Positions 12,178 through 21,377 of a stretch of DNA of 64,000 nt are shown here, piece by piece. The notes under the pieces were generated by a model that made no database searches, was not told where the DNA came from, and worked only from the letters and a program-made list of their open reading frames with translations. Origin of the DNA: Nitrospirota bacterium (GTDB taxonomy: Bacteria > Nitrospirota > JACRHJ01); contig CAVTDB010000026.1 of the NCBI GenBank assembly GCA_963733375.1, positions 224,001 through 288,000 on the forward strand, read 5' to 3'. The translations under genes were made by a program, and so were the position numbers. How positions within the stretch are numbered: position 1 is the stretch's first letter; every line of letters begins with the position of its first letter.

Positions 12178-13308
12178 ATGAGACCGATATTTAACCTCCT
12201 CGCGCTGTGCTCGGCCTGCTGCTGTTTGCCGGGGCCGCTCAAGCTCGCGTCCGAAAAGGTCCGCGTGCTGGTCCTGGACGACCTGCCCGGCGTGACGCTC
12301 AATTTCCCGCCGGAGTATAACGTGGAAGGTGTTTCCGGCCTGGGCATCGCTTCGCCTGACCCTGACGGGCAGGGCGGGACGCGCATAGACCTGGAAGGCG
12401 ACAGGTGTCCGGAGGGCGGCGTAAGGATAAACGCGGAAGGCATTATAGTCAGCGTCAACCGTTACGCGTTGACCGGCGTCATAGAGATAAAAAGAAACGC
12501 CAGGGGCCGGTACAGGATAATAAACGAACTGGACCTGGAGGACTATACCCGCTCGGTGGTGGGCGAGGAGATGGGCTCGAAATGGCCGATAGAGGCGTTG
12601 AAGGCCCAGGCGGTGCTGGCCCGGACGTATGCCATGTACAGGAAATCGTGCCGGTGCGCGGTCGATTACGACCTCTGCGCGACTGTGAACTCTCAGGTGT
12701 TCACGGGCGGCGCGAAAGAAAAGGAAGGCCCTTCCATGGCGGCCAGGGAGACTGCGGGAGAGATATTGACATATGACGGGGCGCCGATAGAGGCGGTATA
12801 TCATTCCACCTGCGGGGGGCTGACGGAAGACGCGTGCAACGTATGGGACAGGAAGTATCCCTACCTGAAATCCAGGGTATGCAATTACTGCAAGGACTCC
12901 CCGTACTACACATGGAAGAAGCGGATTACAATCCCGGAACTGGACGAGTCGCTCATACAGGCCGGGTATATGATAAACGGACTTAGGTCGATAAAAGTGC
13001 TGGAGAGAAGCGAGTCAAAAAGAATAATGAAGCTCAGGCTGACTGGCGAATCGGGGAGCGTGGTAATGAAGGGCGCCGATTTCAGAAAAGCCGTAGGCTA
13101 TTCCAAGCTTCCGAGCACGGCGTTCGAGGCGCACAGAGAAGGGGACAGCTTCGTCTTCCTGGGCAAAGGCTCCGGCCACGGCGTGGGCTTGTGCCAGTTC
13201 GGCGCAAAAGGCATGGCGGAAGACGGGAAGACTTACCAGGAGATACTTCAGTATTATTATCCGGGAGTGACTCTCTCGCGGCTGCGGAACACCGGGGATT
13301 CAAGATAG
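12178..13308 (+). CDS. SpoIID/LytB-domain protein
   Basis: EALKAQAVLARTY, YHSTCGG, GSGHGVGLCQFGA, ILQYYYPG; usual neighbour of queA. Confidence 0.9.
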   Translation: MRPIFNLLALCSACCCLPGPLKLASEKVRVLVLDDLPGVTLNFPPEYNVEGVSGLGIASPDPDGQGGTRIDLEGDRCPEGGVRINAEGIIVSVNRYALTGVIEIKRNARGRYRIINELDLEDYTRSVVGEEMGSKWPIEALKAQAVLARTYAMYRKSCRCAVDYDLCATVNSQVFTGGAKEKEGPSMAARETAGEILTYDGAPIEAVYHSTCGGLTEDACNVWDRKYPYLKSRVCNYCKDSPYYTWKKRITIPELDESLIQAGYMINGLRSIKVLERSESKRIMKLRLTGESGSVVMKGADFRKAVGYSKLPSTAFEAHREGDSFVFLGKGSGHGVGLCQFGAKGMAEDGKTYQEILQYYYPGVTLSRLRNTGDSR

Positions 13309-14329
13309 ATGCTGATAGAGGATTTCGATTACGAGCTCCCGAAGGAGCTGATAGCGCAGTCGCCCGCGCCGAGCGCGATAAATCGCGCCTTATGGTCCTG
13401 CCGCGCGGTGCCGGCAGTATCCGTCACGGGATATTCTCCGACCTGCCGGAGTATCTCCAGCCGGGAGACGTGATGGTGATAAACGACGCGAAGGTGGTGC
13501 CCTCCCGGCTTATCGGGACAAAGGCCACCGGCGGGAGGATCGAGGCGCTGATCCTGCGGCATATCGGCGAGGGAAGATATGAGGCCCTTGTCAAGGGAAA
13601 GACCGCGCCGGGGACGGAAATCATTTTTACGCGAGAGCTTCAGGCGGCCGTGGAGGAAGACCTGGGCGGGGGCAAGAAGGTAATCAAATTCTCCAGGCCG
13701 GAGCGCGGAAGAGGCCATCAGGAAAGCGGCTTCGATGCCTCTCCCGCCATATATAGACCCCTCCGGCAGGGACGCGGAGCGCGACAGGGAGCGCTACCAG
13801 ACGGTTTATGCGGCCAGGCCCGGCGCAGTCGCCGCGCCGACCGCGGGACTCCATTTTACGGAAGCCCTCATGCGCGAAGATAAAAGAAAAAGGGGTTTCG
13901 GTCGTATCCGTCACTCTGCAGGTGGGCCCCGGGACGTTCATGCCGGTGCGGGAAGAGGTAATCGAGCGCCATGAGATGGAGGAAGAGGAATATAGCGTGC
14001 CGGAGGAAACTGCCGACGCGGTGAACCGCGCGCTCGCCGAAGGGCGGCGTGTAATCGCGGTGGGGACGACCAGCGCCAGGACGCTGGAATCTGCCTTCAG
14101 GGACGGCCGGGTCCGGCCCGGAGAGGCCAGTACCCGACTTTTTATCTACCCCGGATATGAATTCAAGGCTATCCGGGCGATAGTCACTAATTTCCACCTT
14201 CCCAAATCCACATTGCTTATGCTAATATGTGCCTTCGCGGGCAGAGATAAAACGCTTTCGGCATACAAAGAGGCGGTCCGGGCGGGTTACCGCTTCTATA
14301 GCTACGGCGACGCGATGCTTATAACCTGA
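13309..14329 (+). CDS. queA: S-adenosylmethionine:tRNA ribosyltransferase-isomerase (frameshifted)
   Basis: [55 protein letters not shown]. Confidence 0.95.
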
Positions 14330-14333
14330 CTTG

Positions 14334-14427
14334 ACTTTCTTTTCGGGTGAAAAGAAAGTAACAAAGAAAAGCCGGACGTTTAAGCCCAGCTTTCTTTTGC
14401 TACTTTTCTTTCTCGAAAGAAAAGTAG
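14334..14427. repeat. Palindromic repeat family B, two units in inverted orientation
   Basis: ACTTTCTTTTC-GGGT-GAAAAGAAAGT-AACAAAGAAAAGCCGGA and CTACTTTTCTTTC-TC-GAAAGAAAAGTAG; first unit matches 52852-52898 on the opposite strand. Confidence 0.75.
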
Positions 14428-14434
14428 AGAGAAT

Positions 14435-15084
14435 ATGAAAGATTTAGGAAAAATAAGAGACCGATACGATTATTCCTTCGACGCGCGCCAGATGGGCCTG
14501 GTGATATTTGGCGTCGCCGCCATCGCCGCGCTTGTTTTCGTGCTGGGCGTAAGCGTCGGGATACAGTGGCAGAGGAAGAGGCAGCCGGAAGCTCGCCGCC
14601 GCAGGCGAAGGCGCAGGCCGGAAAACTTCAGGCCAAGGCAGTACCGGCCGCCCCGCCGGTCTTGAAGCCGGTAACGACGTCGAGGGCCGCTTTTGTCCCC
14701 GCTACCACCGCATCAGCCAAGCCGAGGACAGTTACCCTGACGTTCCCGAAAGTTCTGACTTCCAAAAATGATTCCGTCGCCCCTCTCGTAGAGAAGAAGC
14801 AAGAGAAGCAGAAGGAGAAAGAGAAAGAGAAAGAGAACCACGCCGGGACGGGACATTACACCGTGCAGTTGGGAGCTTATAAAGACGCCTCCGCGGCCAA
14901 GGCGAAGGCGGCAATGCTGAAGAAGAAAGGGTACGACGCAAGGGTATATGCCGCCTCGGGCAGGAAAGGCGGCTATAACTATAAAGTGCACGTGGGGACT
15001 TTCCAGACCAAAGAAGACGCCGCCTCCGAGGCGAAGAAACTTTCAGCCTCCGAGAGAGCGGCGTCTTACGTTACCAAGGAATAA
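14435..15084 (+). CDS. SPOR-domain membrane-anchored protein (FtsN-like; frameshift ~14590)
   Basis: N-terminal TM, low-complexity linker, YTVQLGAY..YKVHVGTF SPOR domain. Confidence 0.85.
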
Positions 15085-15160
15085 CGGCTTAATTTTTAAA
15101 ACGGTTCAGAGCCCCAGAAGGAGCAGTAATCGAGGATGACTGCGGCGGCGGAGGATTAAT

Positions 15161-16351
15161 ATGATAGTTTCATGCAGCCAGTGCAATGTGCGTCTCAAGA
15201 TTGACGATGCGAAAATAAAGGAGGGAGGGTCCAGGCTAAAGTGCCCCAAGTGCGGAAACGTCTTCCTCGTGGAGAAGCCCGCCGCAGCGCCAGCCCCTGA
15301 ACCGCCCGCGCCCCCGGTAGAGGCTCCCGCGCCGCCAGTGCAGGAAGAACCCGTTTTCAGGCAAACGGAACCTTCCGCGCCGCCGGAGCCTCGCCCCGGA
15401 ACCTTCATGGCCTCCTTTCCAGGAGCCTGCCCGCGCCGGAGCCTTCGGAGCCTGCTTTTACTCCCCCGCCTCCTCCGCCCGCGCCGCCAACCGCCGAGGC
15501 GCCGGAGCCGGAGCCAGGAAGCTTCAATAGGAGCGCCGCCGCAGATGGAGAGCGCCCCGGCCGCGCCTAAATGGAAGCTGGACAGGTCGAAGATAGTTGT
15601 AGCTCACGACGGGGATTCCGTGCTCAGGCTGGTCGAATCCATTTTAACCGAAGAGGGCTATCAGGTAATCTGTGAAAGCGAAGGCATCGCGGCGGTCGTC
15701 GCCATAGAGAGAGAGAAGCCGTTCCTTGTTTTGCTGGACGTCGCGCTCCCCAGGATCTACGGCTTCGAGATATGCGACAGGCTTAAGAACAGCCCCGAAT
15801 CCGATGAAATAAAGGTCATACTCCTCGCGGCTATTTATGACAAGACCCGCTACAAAAGAGAACCCGTCAGCCTGTACGGAGCGGACGACTACATAGAAAA
15901 ACACCACATCCAGGACTGCATTGCCAGGAAGGTGAAGCGGCTGGCGGCGGACGGGCAGCCTGCGCCGGGAACGAACTCGCCGCGTGAAGAAGAGACATGC
16001 AAGCCCTCTCTCGAAGACCTTCCTCTGCGGGAGGAGCAGATATTCGAGATGCGCAAAGAGGAGATAAAGCCGGTCCTGGCGACGTCGTCGGTGGGCAACC
16101 AGCAGGTGGAGGCCGCGAGGCGCTTTGCCAGGATTATACTGTCGGACATCGCGCTTTATAACCAGGGCGCGGTCGAGGCAGGCGTGAGGGACGGGAATTT
16201 CGAGCAGGCCCTTGCGGCGGAGCTTAAGGAAGGGCGGGACCTCTACAACGGCAGGATCTCCGGGGAAGTCATCGCGACCGGGGATTATTTCGCGGAGGAG
16301 ATGTCGAAGTTCGTCGAGAAGAAAAGGCAGACGATGGGCCTTGGAATTTAA
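15161..16351 (+). CDS. Zinc-ribbon (MJ0042-type) + Pro-rich linker + receiver domain + RomX-like C-terminal domain
   Basis: CSQC..CPKC; REC with LVLLDVALP and GADDYIEK; C-terminal ARRFARIILSDIALYN..ELKEGRDLY. Confidence 0.8.
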   Translation: MIVSCSQCNVRLKIDDAKIKEGGSRLKCPKCGNVFLVEKPAAAPAPEPPAPPVEAPAPPVQEEPVFRQTEPSAPPEPRPGTFMASFPGACPRRSLRSLLLLPRLLRPRRQPPRRRSRSQEASIGAPPQMESAPAAPKWKLDRSKIVVAHDGDSVLRLVESILTEEGYQVICESEGIAAVVAIEREKPFLVLLDVALPRIYGFEICDRLKNSPESDEIKVILLAAIYDKTRYKREPVSLYGADDYIEKHHIQDCIARKVKRLAADGQPAPGTNSPREEETCKPSLEDLPLREEQIFEMRKEEIKPVLATSSVGNQQVEAARRFARIILSDIALYNQGAVEAGVRDGNFEQALAAELKEGRDLYNGRISGEVIATGDYFAEEMSKFVEKKRQTMGLGI

Positions 16352-16361
16352 ACGAAAAACC

Positions 16362-16390
16362 TTGACACGTCAGGGGAACTGCTATAACAT
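16362..16390 (+). promoter_or_regulatory. Sigma70 promoter of tRNA-Pro
   Basis: TTGACA-17-TAACAT directly upstream of the tRNA. Confidence 0.6.
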
Positions 16391-16401
16391 ACTAAAATTG
16401 A

Positions 16402-16478
16402 CGGGGCGTAGCGCAGCCTGGTAGCGCACACGGTTCGGGACCGTGGGGTCGAAGGTTCAAATCCTTTCGCCCCGACCA
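16402..16478 (+). tRNA. tRNA-Pro(CGG)
   Basis: Cloverleaf CGGGGCG..CGCCCCG-ACCA; anticodon arm CACGG-TTCGGGA-CCGTG; GTTCAAATC T-loop. Confidence 0.97.
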
Positions 16479-16492
16479 TTTTTGCAGCAAGT

Positions 16493-16523
16493 GAAGGGTA
16501 TCCTCGAAAGAGATGCCCTTTTT
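16493..16523 (+). terminator. Terminator after tRNA-Pro
   Basis: AAGGGTATC..GAAA..GATGCCCTTTTT. Confidence 0.6.
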
Positions 16524-16547
16524 CATTACGGCCGTCCAGGGGGGCAG

Positions 16548-16832
16548 GTGCCGGACAGGAAGGTAGCGGCCGAGATTATCGTCAGCGGACGCGTCCAGGG
16601 CGTCGGGTACAGGTTCTTTACGGAGAGGGCGGCCGCGAAGCATAACGTGCGCGGCTGGTCCATGAACTTGCCGGACGGGCGTGTGGCCCTCGAGATAGAG
16701 GCGGTTGAAGAGGACGCCAAGGGGTTTATAAAAGAACTCGAACAGGGCCCTCCGATGGCGCGGGTGGAAGAAGTAAAGGTCAGCTGGAAAACTCACCAGG
16801 GCAAATTCAATAACTTCACAATCAAGGTTTGA
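16548..16832 (+). CDS. acyP: Acylphosphatase
   Basis: [24 protein letters not shown]. Confidence 0.9.
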   Translation: MPDRKVAAEIIVSGRVQGVGYRFFTERAAAKHNVRGWSMNLPDGRVALEIEAVEEDAKGFIKELEQGPPMARVEEVKVSWKTHQGKFNNFTIKV

Positions 16833-16843
16833 CGGGTGCAATA

Positions 16844-17885
16844 ATGCCGAAAAAGAAAAAACAGAAAACCGAAGAGTTCTCAGGCGAGACCGTCGAACTG
16901 GATGTAGAGAAACCGAAGGACGAGGAAGAAGAAGAACTTTCCTACTTTCCGGCGGAAGAGGCCAGAAGAGGAAGAGTTCGAGGCGGGGATGGGTGAGGAG
17001 CTTTTCGACGCGGAGGAAGAGGAGGAGGCCGAAGCGCCTTCAGCCTATCCGGACGAGGCCCAGGACGCCATAAAGCTCTACCTGAAGGAAATCCGGGTAT
17101 CGGCCCTCTTGTCCTTCGAGGAGGAACAGGAGCTTGCCCACCGCGTAGAGAAGGGCGACGAAGAAGCGCGCGCCCATATGATCGAGGCGAACCTCCGGCT
17201 CGTCGTCAATATCGGGAAACGCTATATCAACCGGGGCCTCCCGTTCTCGGATATTATAGAGGAAGGCAACATCGGCCTGATCAAGGCCGTGGAGAAGTTC
17301 AAGCCGGAAAAAGGCTTCCGTTTCTCAACCTATGCCTCCTGGTGGATAAAGCAGTCCATAGAGAGGGCGCTTGTCAACCAGACACGCACCATACGCCTGC
17401 CCGTACATATATCCGAAGTCATCAATACGTTCGTGAAAGTCGTCCGCAGACTTATCCAGAGCTTGAAGCGCGAGCCGACGGTGGAGGAGATTGCCGCGGA
17501 GATGAACTACGCGCCCGATCAGGTCAAGGACATCATGCAGCTCATCCGGAAGACGCACTCCCTTGATACGCCCATAGGCAACAAGGAAGAAGGTTCGCTC
17601 AAGGATTTAATCGAGGACGAGGCGTCTTTATCCCCCGCGAAGGTTACCGAGGGCATCATCCGGCACGAGCAGATAATCGAGTGGCTGGACTACCTGACGG
17701 AGAACGAGAAGAAGGTGATAAGCCTCCGGTTCGGCCTGGAGGACGGGGAGGCGCAGACACTTGAGGTCATCGGCAAAGAGTTCGGCCTGACCCGCGAGCG
17801 CGTGCGCCAGATAGAGGCTTCGGCTTTAAACAAGCTCCGGTTCATCACCAAGCGCAAGAGTATAGACCTGGACAGCATTTTATAA
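16844..17885 (+). CDS. rpoS: Sigma-70 group 2 (RpoS-like) sigma factor, acidic N-terminus (frameshift ~16970)
   Basis: DAIKLYLKEI, ANLRLVV, GFRFSTYASWWIKQ, TRERVRQIE; followed by apt. Confidence 0.75.
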
Positions 17886-17908
17886 AGACATTTAGTTCAA
17901 GGGGGCAT

Positions 17909-18424
17909 ATGCTCGACCTGAAGTCCCGCATAAGGGACATCCCGGACTTCCCAAAGAAGGGTATCCTGTTCAAGGACATTACCACGCTCCTGAAGGACAG
18001 TGAGGCCTTCCAGAAGGTCATCGACAAGATTACCTGTTTTTATGAAGACGAGGGGATAGAGAAGGTCGTCGGGATAGAGTCCCGCGGCTTTATAACGGGC
18101 GCACCCGTGGCATACGCGCTCAACGCCGGGTTCATCCCGGTCAGGAAATCGGGCAAGCTCCCAAGCGATATATACGAGGCGAAGTACGAGCTTGAGTACG
18201 GCACGGATACCCTGACAGTCCATCAGGACGCGATAACGCCGGGCGAGCGCGTGCTGGTGGTGGACGACCTGCTGGCTACGGGCGGCACGATGGCGGCGAC
18301 GCTGGACCTTCTAAAGCAGCTCGGCGCGGTGGTGGTCGGCGTGGCGTTCCTGATAGAGCTTACGGAGCTTAAGGGCCGGGACAAGCTTGCGGGATACCAG
18401 GTGCTTTCTTTAATCAGCTATTAA
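17909..18424 (+). CDS. apt: Adenine phosphoribosyltransferase
   Basis: PDFPKKGILFKDIT, VDDLLATGGT. Confidence 0.96.
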   Translation: MLDLKSRIRDIPDFPKKGILFKDITTLLKDSEAFQKVIDKITCFYEDEGIEKVVGIESRGFITGAPVAYALNAGFIPVRKSGKLPSDIYEAKYELEYGTDTLTVHQDAITPGERVLVVDDLLATGGTMAATLDLLKQLGAVVVGVAFLIELTELKGRDKLAGYQVLSLISY

Positions 18425-18472
18425 TCGGGGTTGACTAAGACCCCGTTTTGTTCTATATTTTTTTCACTCTTT

Positions 18473-18549
18473 GCCCCCATAGCTCAGTTGGATAGAGCAC
18501 AGGTTTCCTAAACCTGGTGTCGCATGTTCGAGCCATGCTGGGGGCACCA
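18473..18549 (+). tRNA. tRNA-Arg(CCT)
   Basis: GCCCCCA..TGGGGGC-ACCA; anticodon arm CAGGT-TTCCTAA-ACCTG. Confidence 0.96.
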
Positions 18550-18557
18550 AATAAAAC

Positions 18558-18594
18558 AAGGGGTTAGCTTATGAAAGCTAACCCCTTTTCTTTT
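18558..18594 (+). terminator. Terminator after tRNA-Arg
   Basis: AAGGGGTTAGCTT-ATGA-AAGCTAACCCCTT followed by a T-rich tail. Confidence 0.8.
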
Positions 18595-18644
18595 GAAATT
18601 CGGACGCGTTCGATCACGCCTTAACAATCAGTGCTTAAGTCCCT

Positions 18645-19490
18645 TCACACTGCGGCCTTGACGCTGTGCTTGCGGAACATGTCCACTGCCATTGACGGCA
18701 GATAGATATAGAACGTGCTTCCCTTTCCTAATTCGCTGTCAATCTCAACGCGCCCGCCGTGTGCTTCGGCCACGGCTTTGACTATCGTGAGCCCCAGTCC
18801 GGCGCCCCTTACGCCTCTACTTTTAGAACGAAAATACATATCGAAAAGTTGTGATATCTGCTTTGCCGGTATTCCAGGCCCCGTGTCCGATACGGATATA
18901 GCCGGAAAAATCTCTTTCCCCACCCTGTGATATTCGGTTTTAAGAGATATCCGTCCTCCTTCGGGTGTGTAATTGATTGCGTTTTGCAGAAGGTTGTTAA
19001 TCGCTCTTTCAATAAATCTTCTATCCAGAAAAGCAAATTGAAGGTCTTCCGCAAGCTCCATCTCGATTACCTGATGCTTTTTAGCAGCCTGGATAGCGAA
19101 TTCTGTTTTTACTTCCTTTAATACCTCATTCAAATCGGTAGAGGTAAATTCAGGCGTCAAGATACCGGCTTGCAGTCTTGCATGAAATGTAAAATCGTCC
19201 ACCATCCCCAGAAGCTTATCACCGCTCGTGAGTATGTGACCGCACATTTCCTTAATGTCGCTATCCAAACCTTCATGCGTGGCTATCAGCTCGGCGTAAC
19301 CCATTATGACTGTCAGCGGCGATTTAAAATCATGAGTCACCATGGCCAGAAAGTTATCCCTTTGCTGTTCAACCCATTTTTTCTCGTCCGTCGGGGAAAC
19401 TTCAGGCAGGCTATCTTTAACTTTACCGGTTTTCACGAGGGTACCCTTTCCAGCCCAAAAAGCAGGTCCAAACATTAAACAAACTAACAA
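18645..19490 (-). CDS. Histidine kinase (HisKA + HATPase), no obvious sensor domain; start uncertain
   Basis: THDFKSPL H-box, NLLQNAINY, DTGPGI, GAGLGL. Confidence 0.85.
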   Translation of the reverse strand: MLVCLMFGPAFWAGKGTLVKTGKVKDSLPEVSPTDEKKWVEQQRDNFLAMVTHDFKSPLTVIMGYAELIATHEGLDSDIKEMCGHILTSGDKLLGMVDDFTFHARLQAGILTPEFTSTDLNEVLKEVKTEFAIQAAKKHQVIEMELAEDLQFAFLDRRFIERAINNLLQNAINYTPEGGRISLKTEYHRVGKEIFPAISVSDTGPGIPAKQISQLFDMYFRSKSRGVRGAGLGLTIVKAVAEAHGGRVEIDSELGKGSTFYIYLPSMAVDMFRKHSVKAAV

Positions 19491-19532
19491 TATTAATTAT
19501 TATTATAACAAATTATCATTAAGAAATTATTA

Positions 19533-19591
19533 AAATCGCATTAATTTTAATTAATGCGATTTGACAAAACGTATGAATCTCATTATATATT
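19533..19591 (+). promoter_or_regulatory. 14-bp perfect palindrome abutting a sigma70 promoter
   Basis: AAATCGCATTAATT-TT-AATTAATGCGATTT (19533-19562) overlaps TTGACA (19561-19566); TATATA/TATATT follows 17-19 nt later. Confidence 0.65.
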
Positions 19592-19597
19592 GTAAAT

Positions 19598-20137
19598 ATG
19601 CATACACTAAAATACCGCATCGTGATGGCATTCGCCGTAATGCTTATTTGCCTGTTCCCGGCGGCGGGAATGGCGCAGGACTCCGCCATTTCCAATGGCG
19701 ACCTCCTTAAAATCACCGTCTATGGCAACGACGACCTCACAACCGAAACGCTTGTTAGCTCAGAAGGCACTATATCCTTCCCGCTTATAAAGGAGGCCAA
19801 GGTCGGTGGACTCAGCGTCCACCAGGCGGAGAAGAGGATAGCTAAACTCCTGGCCAAAGGATATCTTCGGGACCCGCACGTGACCATCCTTATCACCGAG
19901 ACGAAAAACGTGGTTTATGTTACCGGAGAGGTACAAAAACCCGGCTCGTACAAGGCGGATCCCGATACGACCGTGCTCAAGGCCATTGCGCTGGCGGGGG
20001 GCCTGACGGAAAAAGCGGCCCCCGGCAGGACAAAAATAACACGCAAGGTGGACGGCAAAGAATCCACGATGAAAGCGCATATGGGCGATTCCATCAAGCC
20101 GGACGACGTGATAAACGTCCCGGAGAGCTTCTTCTAA
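19598..20137 (+). CDS. Short polysaccharide export (Wza/OPX-like, Poly_export + SLBB) protein
   Basis: Signal peptide; GDLLKITVYG, GTISFPLI, VYVTGEVQKPG, AIALAGGLT, VPESFF. Confidence 0.85.
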   Translation: MHTLKYRIVMAFAVMLICLFPAAGMAQDSAISNGDLLKITVYGNDDLTTETLVSSEGTISFPLIKEAKVGGLSVHQAEKRIAKLLAKGYLRDPHVTILITETKNVVYVTGEVQKPGSYKADPDTTVLKAIALAGGLTEKAAPGRTKITRKVDGKESTMKAHMGDSIKPDDVINVPESFF

Positions 20138-20204
20138 GCCATCCACCTCTAAAGCGTGCTGCCCAGGCAACCGTCCCAAAAAAAGAAACAATCTCATGCC
20201 ACTC

Positions 20205-20241
20205 AAAAAAAATGCGCCCGCCGAAAGCGGGCGCATTTTTG
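20205..20241. terminator. Bidirectional terminator between convergent genes
   Basis: AAAAATGCGCCCGC-CGAAA-GCGGGCGCATTTTT. Confidence 0.85.
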
Positions 20242-20269
20242 AATGCGGGGACGGAGTATTAAAGCGTAT

Positions 20270-21232
20270 TTAGGCGGCTTTCAAGAGCTTCTCGATTGCC
20301 TCCTTGCTTACTTCCACGCCCATGGATTTCAAGGTCATCAACACACCTTGCTCGTAGCTCCGCGCCTTCATGGCGTAGCCGAACATGTCTATTGCACGGA
20401 TGCCTGACACCCTCGTCGATGAAGACATGCTCTCAGCCTGAAGCAAGCCAAACTCCTTGGCGTAGGTGTTGAAGTCCACCATCTTCGGCTCCGGCAGGCC
20501 CATGAGCGCCGTTATATGGCTCATCAGGGTCCTTTGGGTGACCGGCCTGTCGTCGGATAGCGTGAATACGTCGCTGTTGTTTACGTTCTCGACTATCTCG
20601 GCGTACAGTCCGGCTACGTCGTCGATGTGGATGAGGTTCAGGTAGTTGTCGCCGGGCTCTACAAGCCTCGCCTTGCCAGCCTTTAAGGCCTCTATCAGCC
20701 CCTTGAACCACCCGCCGCTTCCGTAGACCATCGCCGGAAAGACCCTGATCACGTTAAGCTCAGTTTCCTCCGCCAGTTGGTCCACTACCTTCAGCGAGCC
20801 TTCAATCGGCCTGCAGTACCCGATCGGATCGACGGCGTCCGCATCGGATGCCCATTTGCCGTGACGGTTGCCATAGCAGTCCGTATGAAAAGTCGCAATC
20901 ACCGTATTTGCATTGCCGTCGGAGGCCGCTTTGATGAGGTTTGCCACCTCTTCGGTATGCTTTCTTGAATATGTTTCAACCTTGTCCTTGGGAATTTTCT
21001 CGCTGCTGTCGATCGGACTGATAAGGCTTATTACCTTATCCGCTTCCCTTATCCTGTCGCACCATTCCCCTGATTCCAGAAGGTCGCCAGTAAGGTAGTT
21101 GACTCCCTTTTGTTTAAGGGATTGATTTTCACCGGCCCGAACCAGGCCAATGACGTTATGTCCTCTATCGGCAAGCTCTTTCGTTACGGCCGAACCGAGA
21201 AAGCCGCTTGCCCCTGCGATGAATATCTTCAT
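20270..21232 (-). CDS. NAD-dependent epimerase/dehydratase (atypical SDR)
   Basis: MKIFIAGASGFLGS Rossmann motif, VYG, IHIDDVA; GAGG before the ATG. Confidence 0.85.
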   Translation of the reverse strand: MKIFIAGASGFLGSAVTKELADRGHNVIGLVRAGENQSLKQKGVNYLTGDLLESGEWCDRIREADKVISLISPIDSSEKIPKDKVETYSRKHTEEVANLIKAASDGNANTVIATFHTDCYGNRHGKWASDADAVDPIGYCRPIEGSLKVVDQLAEETELNVIRVFPAMVYGSGGWFKGLIEALKAGKARLVEPGDNYLNLIHIDDVAGLYAEIVENVNNSDVFTLSDDRPVTQRTLMSHITALMGLPEPKMVDFNTYAKEFGLLQAESMSSSTRVSGIRAIDMFGYAMKARSYEQGVLMTLKSMGVEVSKEAIEKLLKAA

Positions 21233-21377
21233 TGATGCACCTCCTCTAAACCGCACTTTTTCATTTGTTACACCTATTATTAAGTATAGCACTCATTCCT
21301 ATTATTGTAATTTAGCGCTGGATTATCCTGTTTTTTTCAATTGATATCTCATGCCGTTTATGCTAATTTTCACATAC

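Noticed and set aside
11959-13308. 449-aa fusion ORF in the track
   Set aside because: A frameshift joins the DUF2905 start to SpoIID/LytB; separate TAA (12175) and ATG (12178) are visible
12178-13308. SpoIID as evidence of sporulation
   Set aside because: SpoIID/LytB domains commonly sit beside queA in non-sporulating Gram-negative bacteria; lptE indicates a diderm
16402-18600. Prophage or integrative element at tRNA-Pro or tRNA-Arg
   Set aside because: No integrase, phage gene or duplicated tRNA 3' end found
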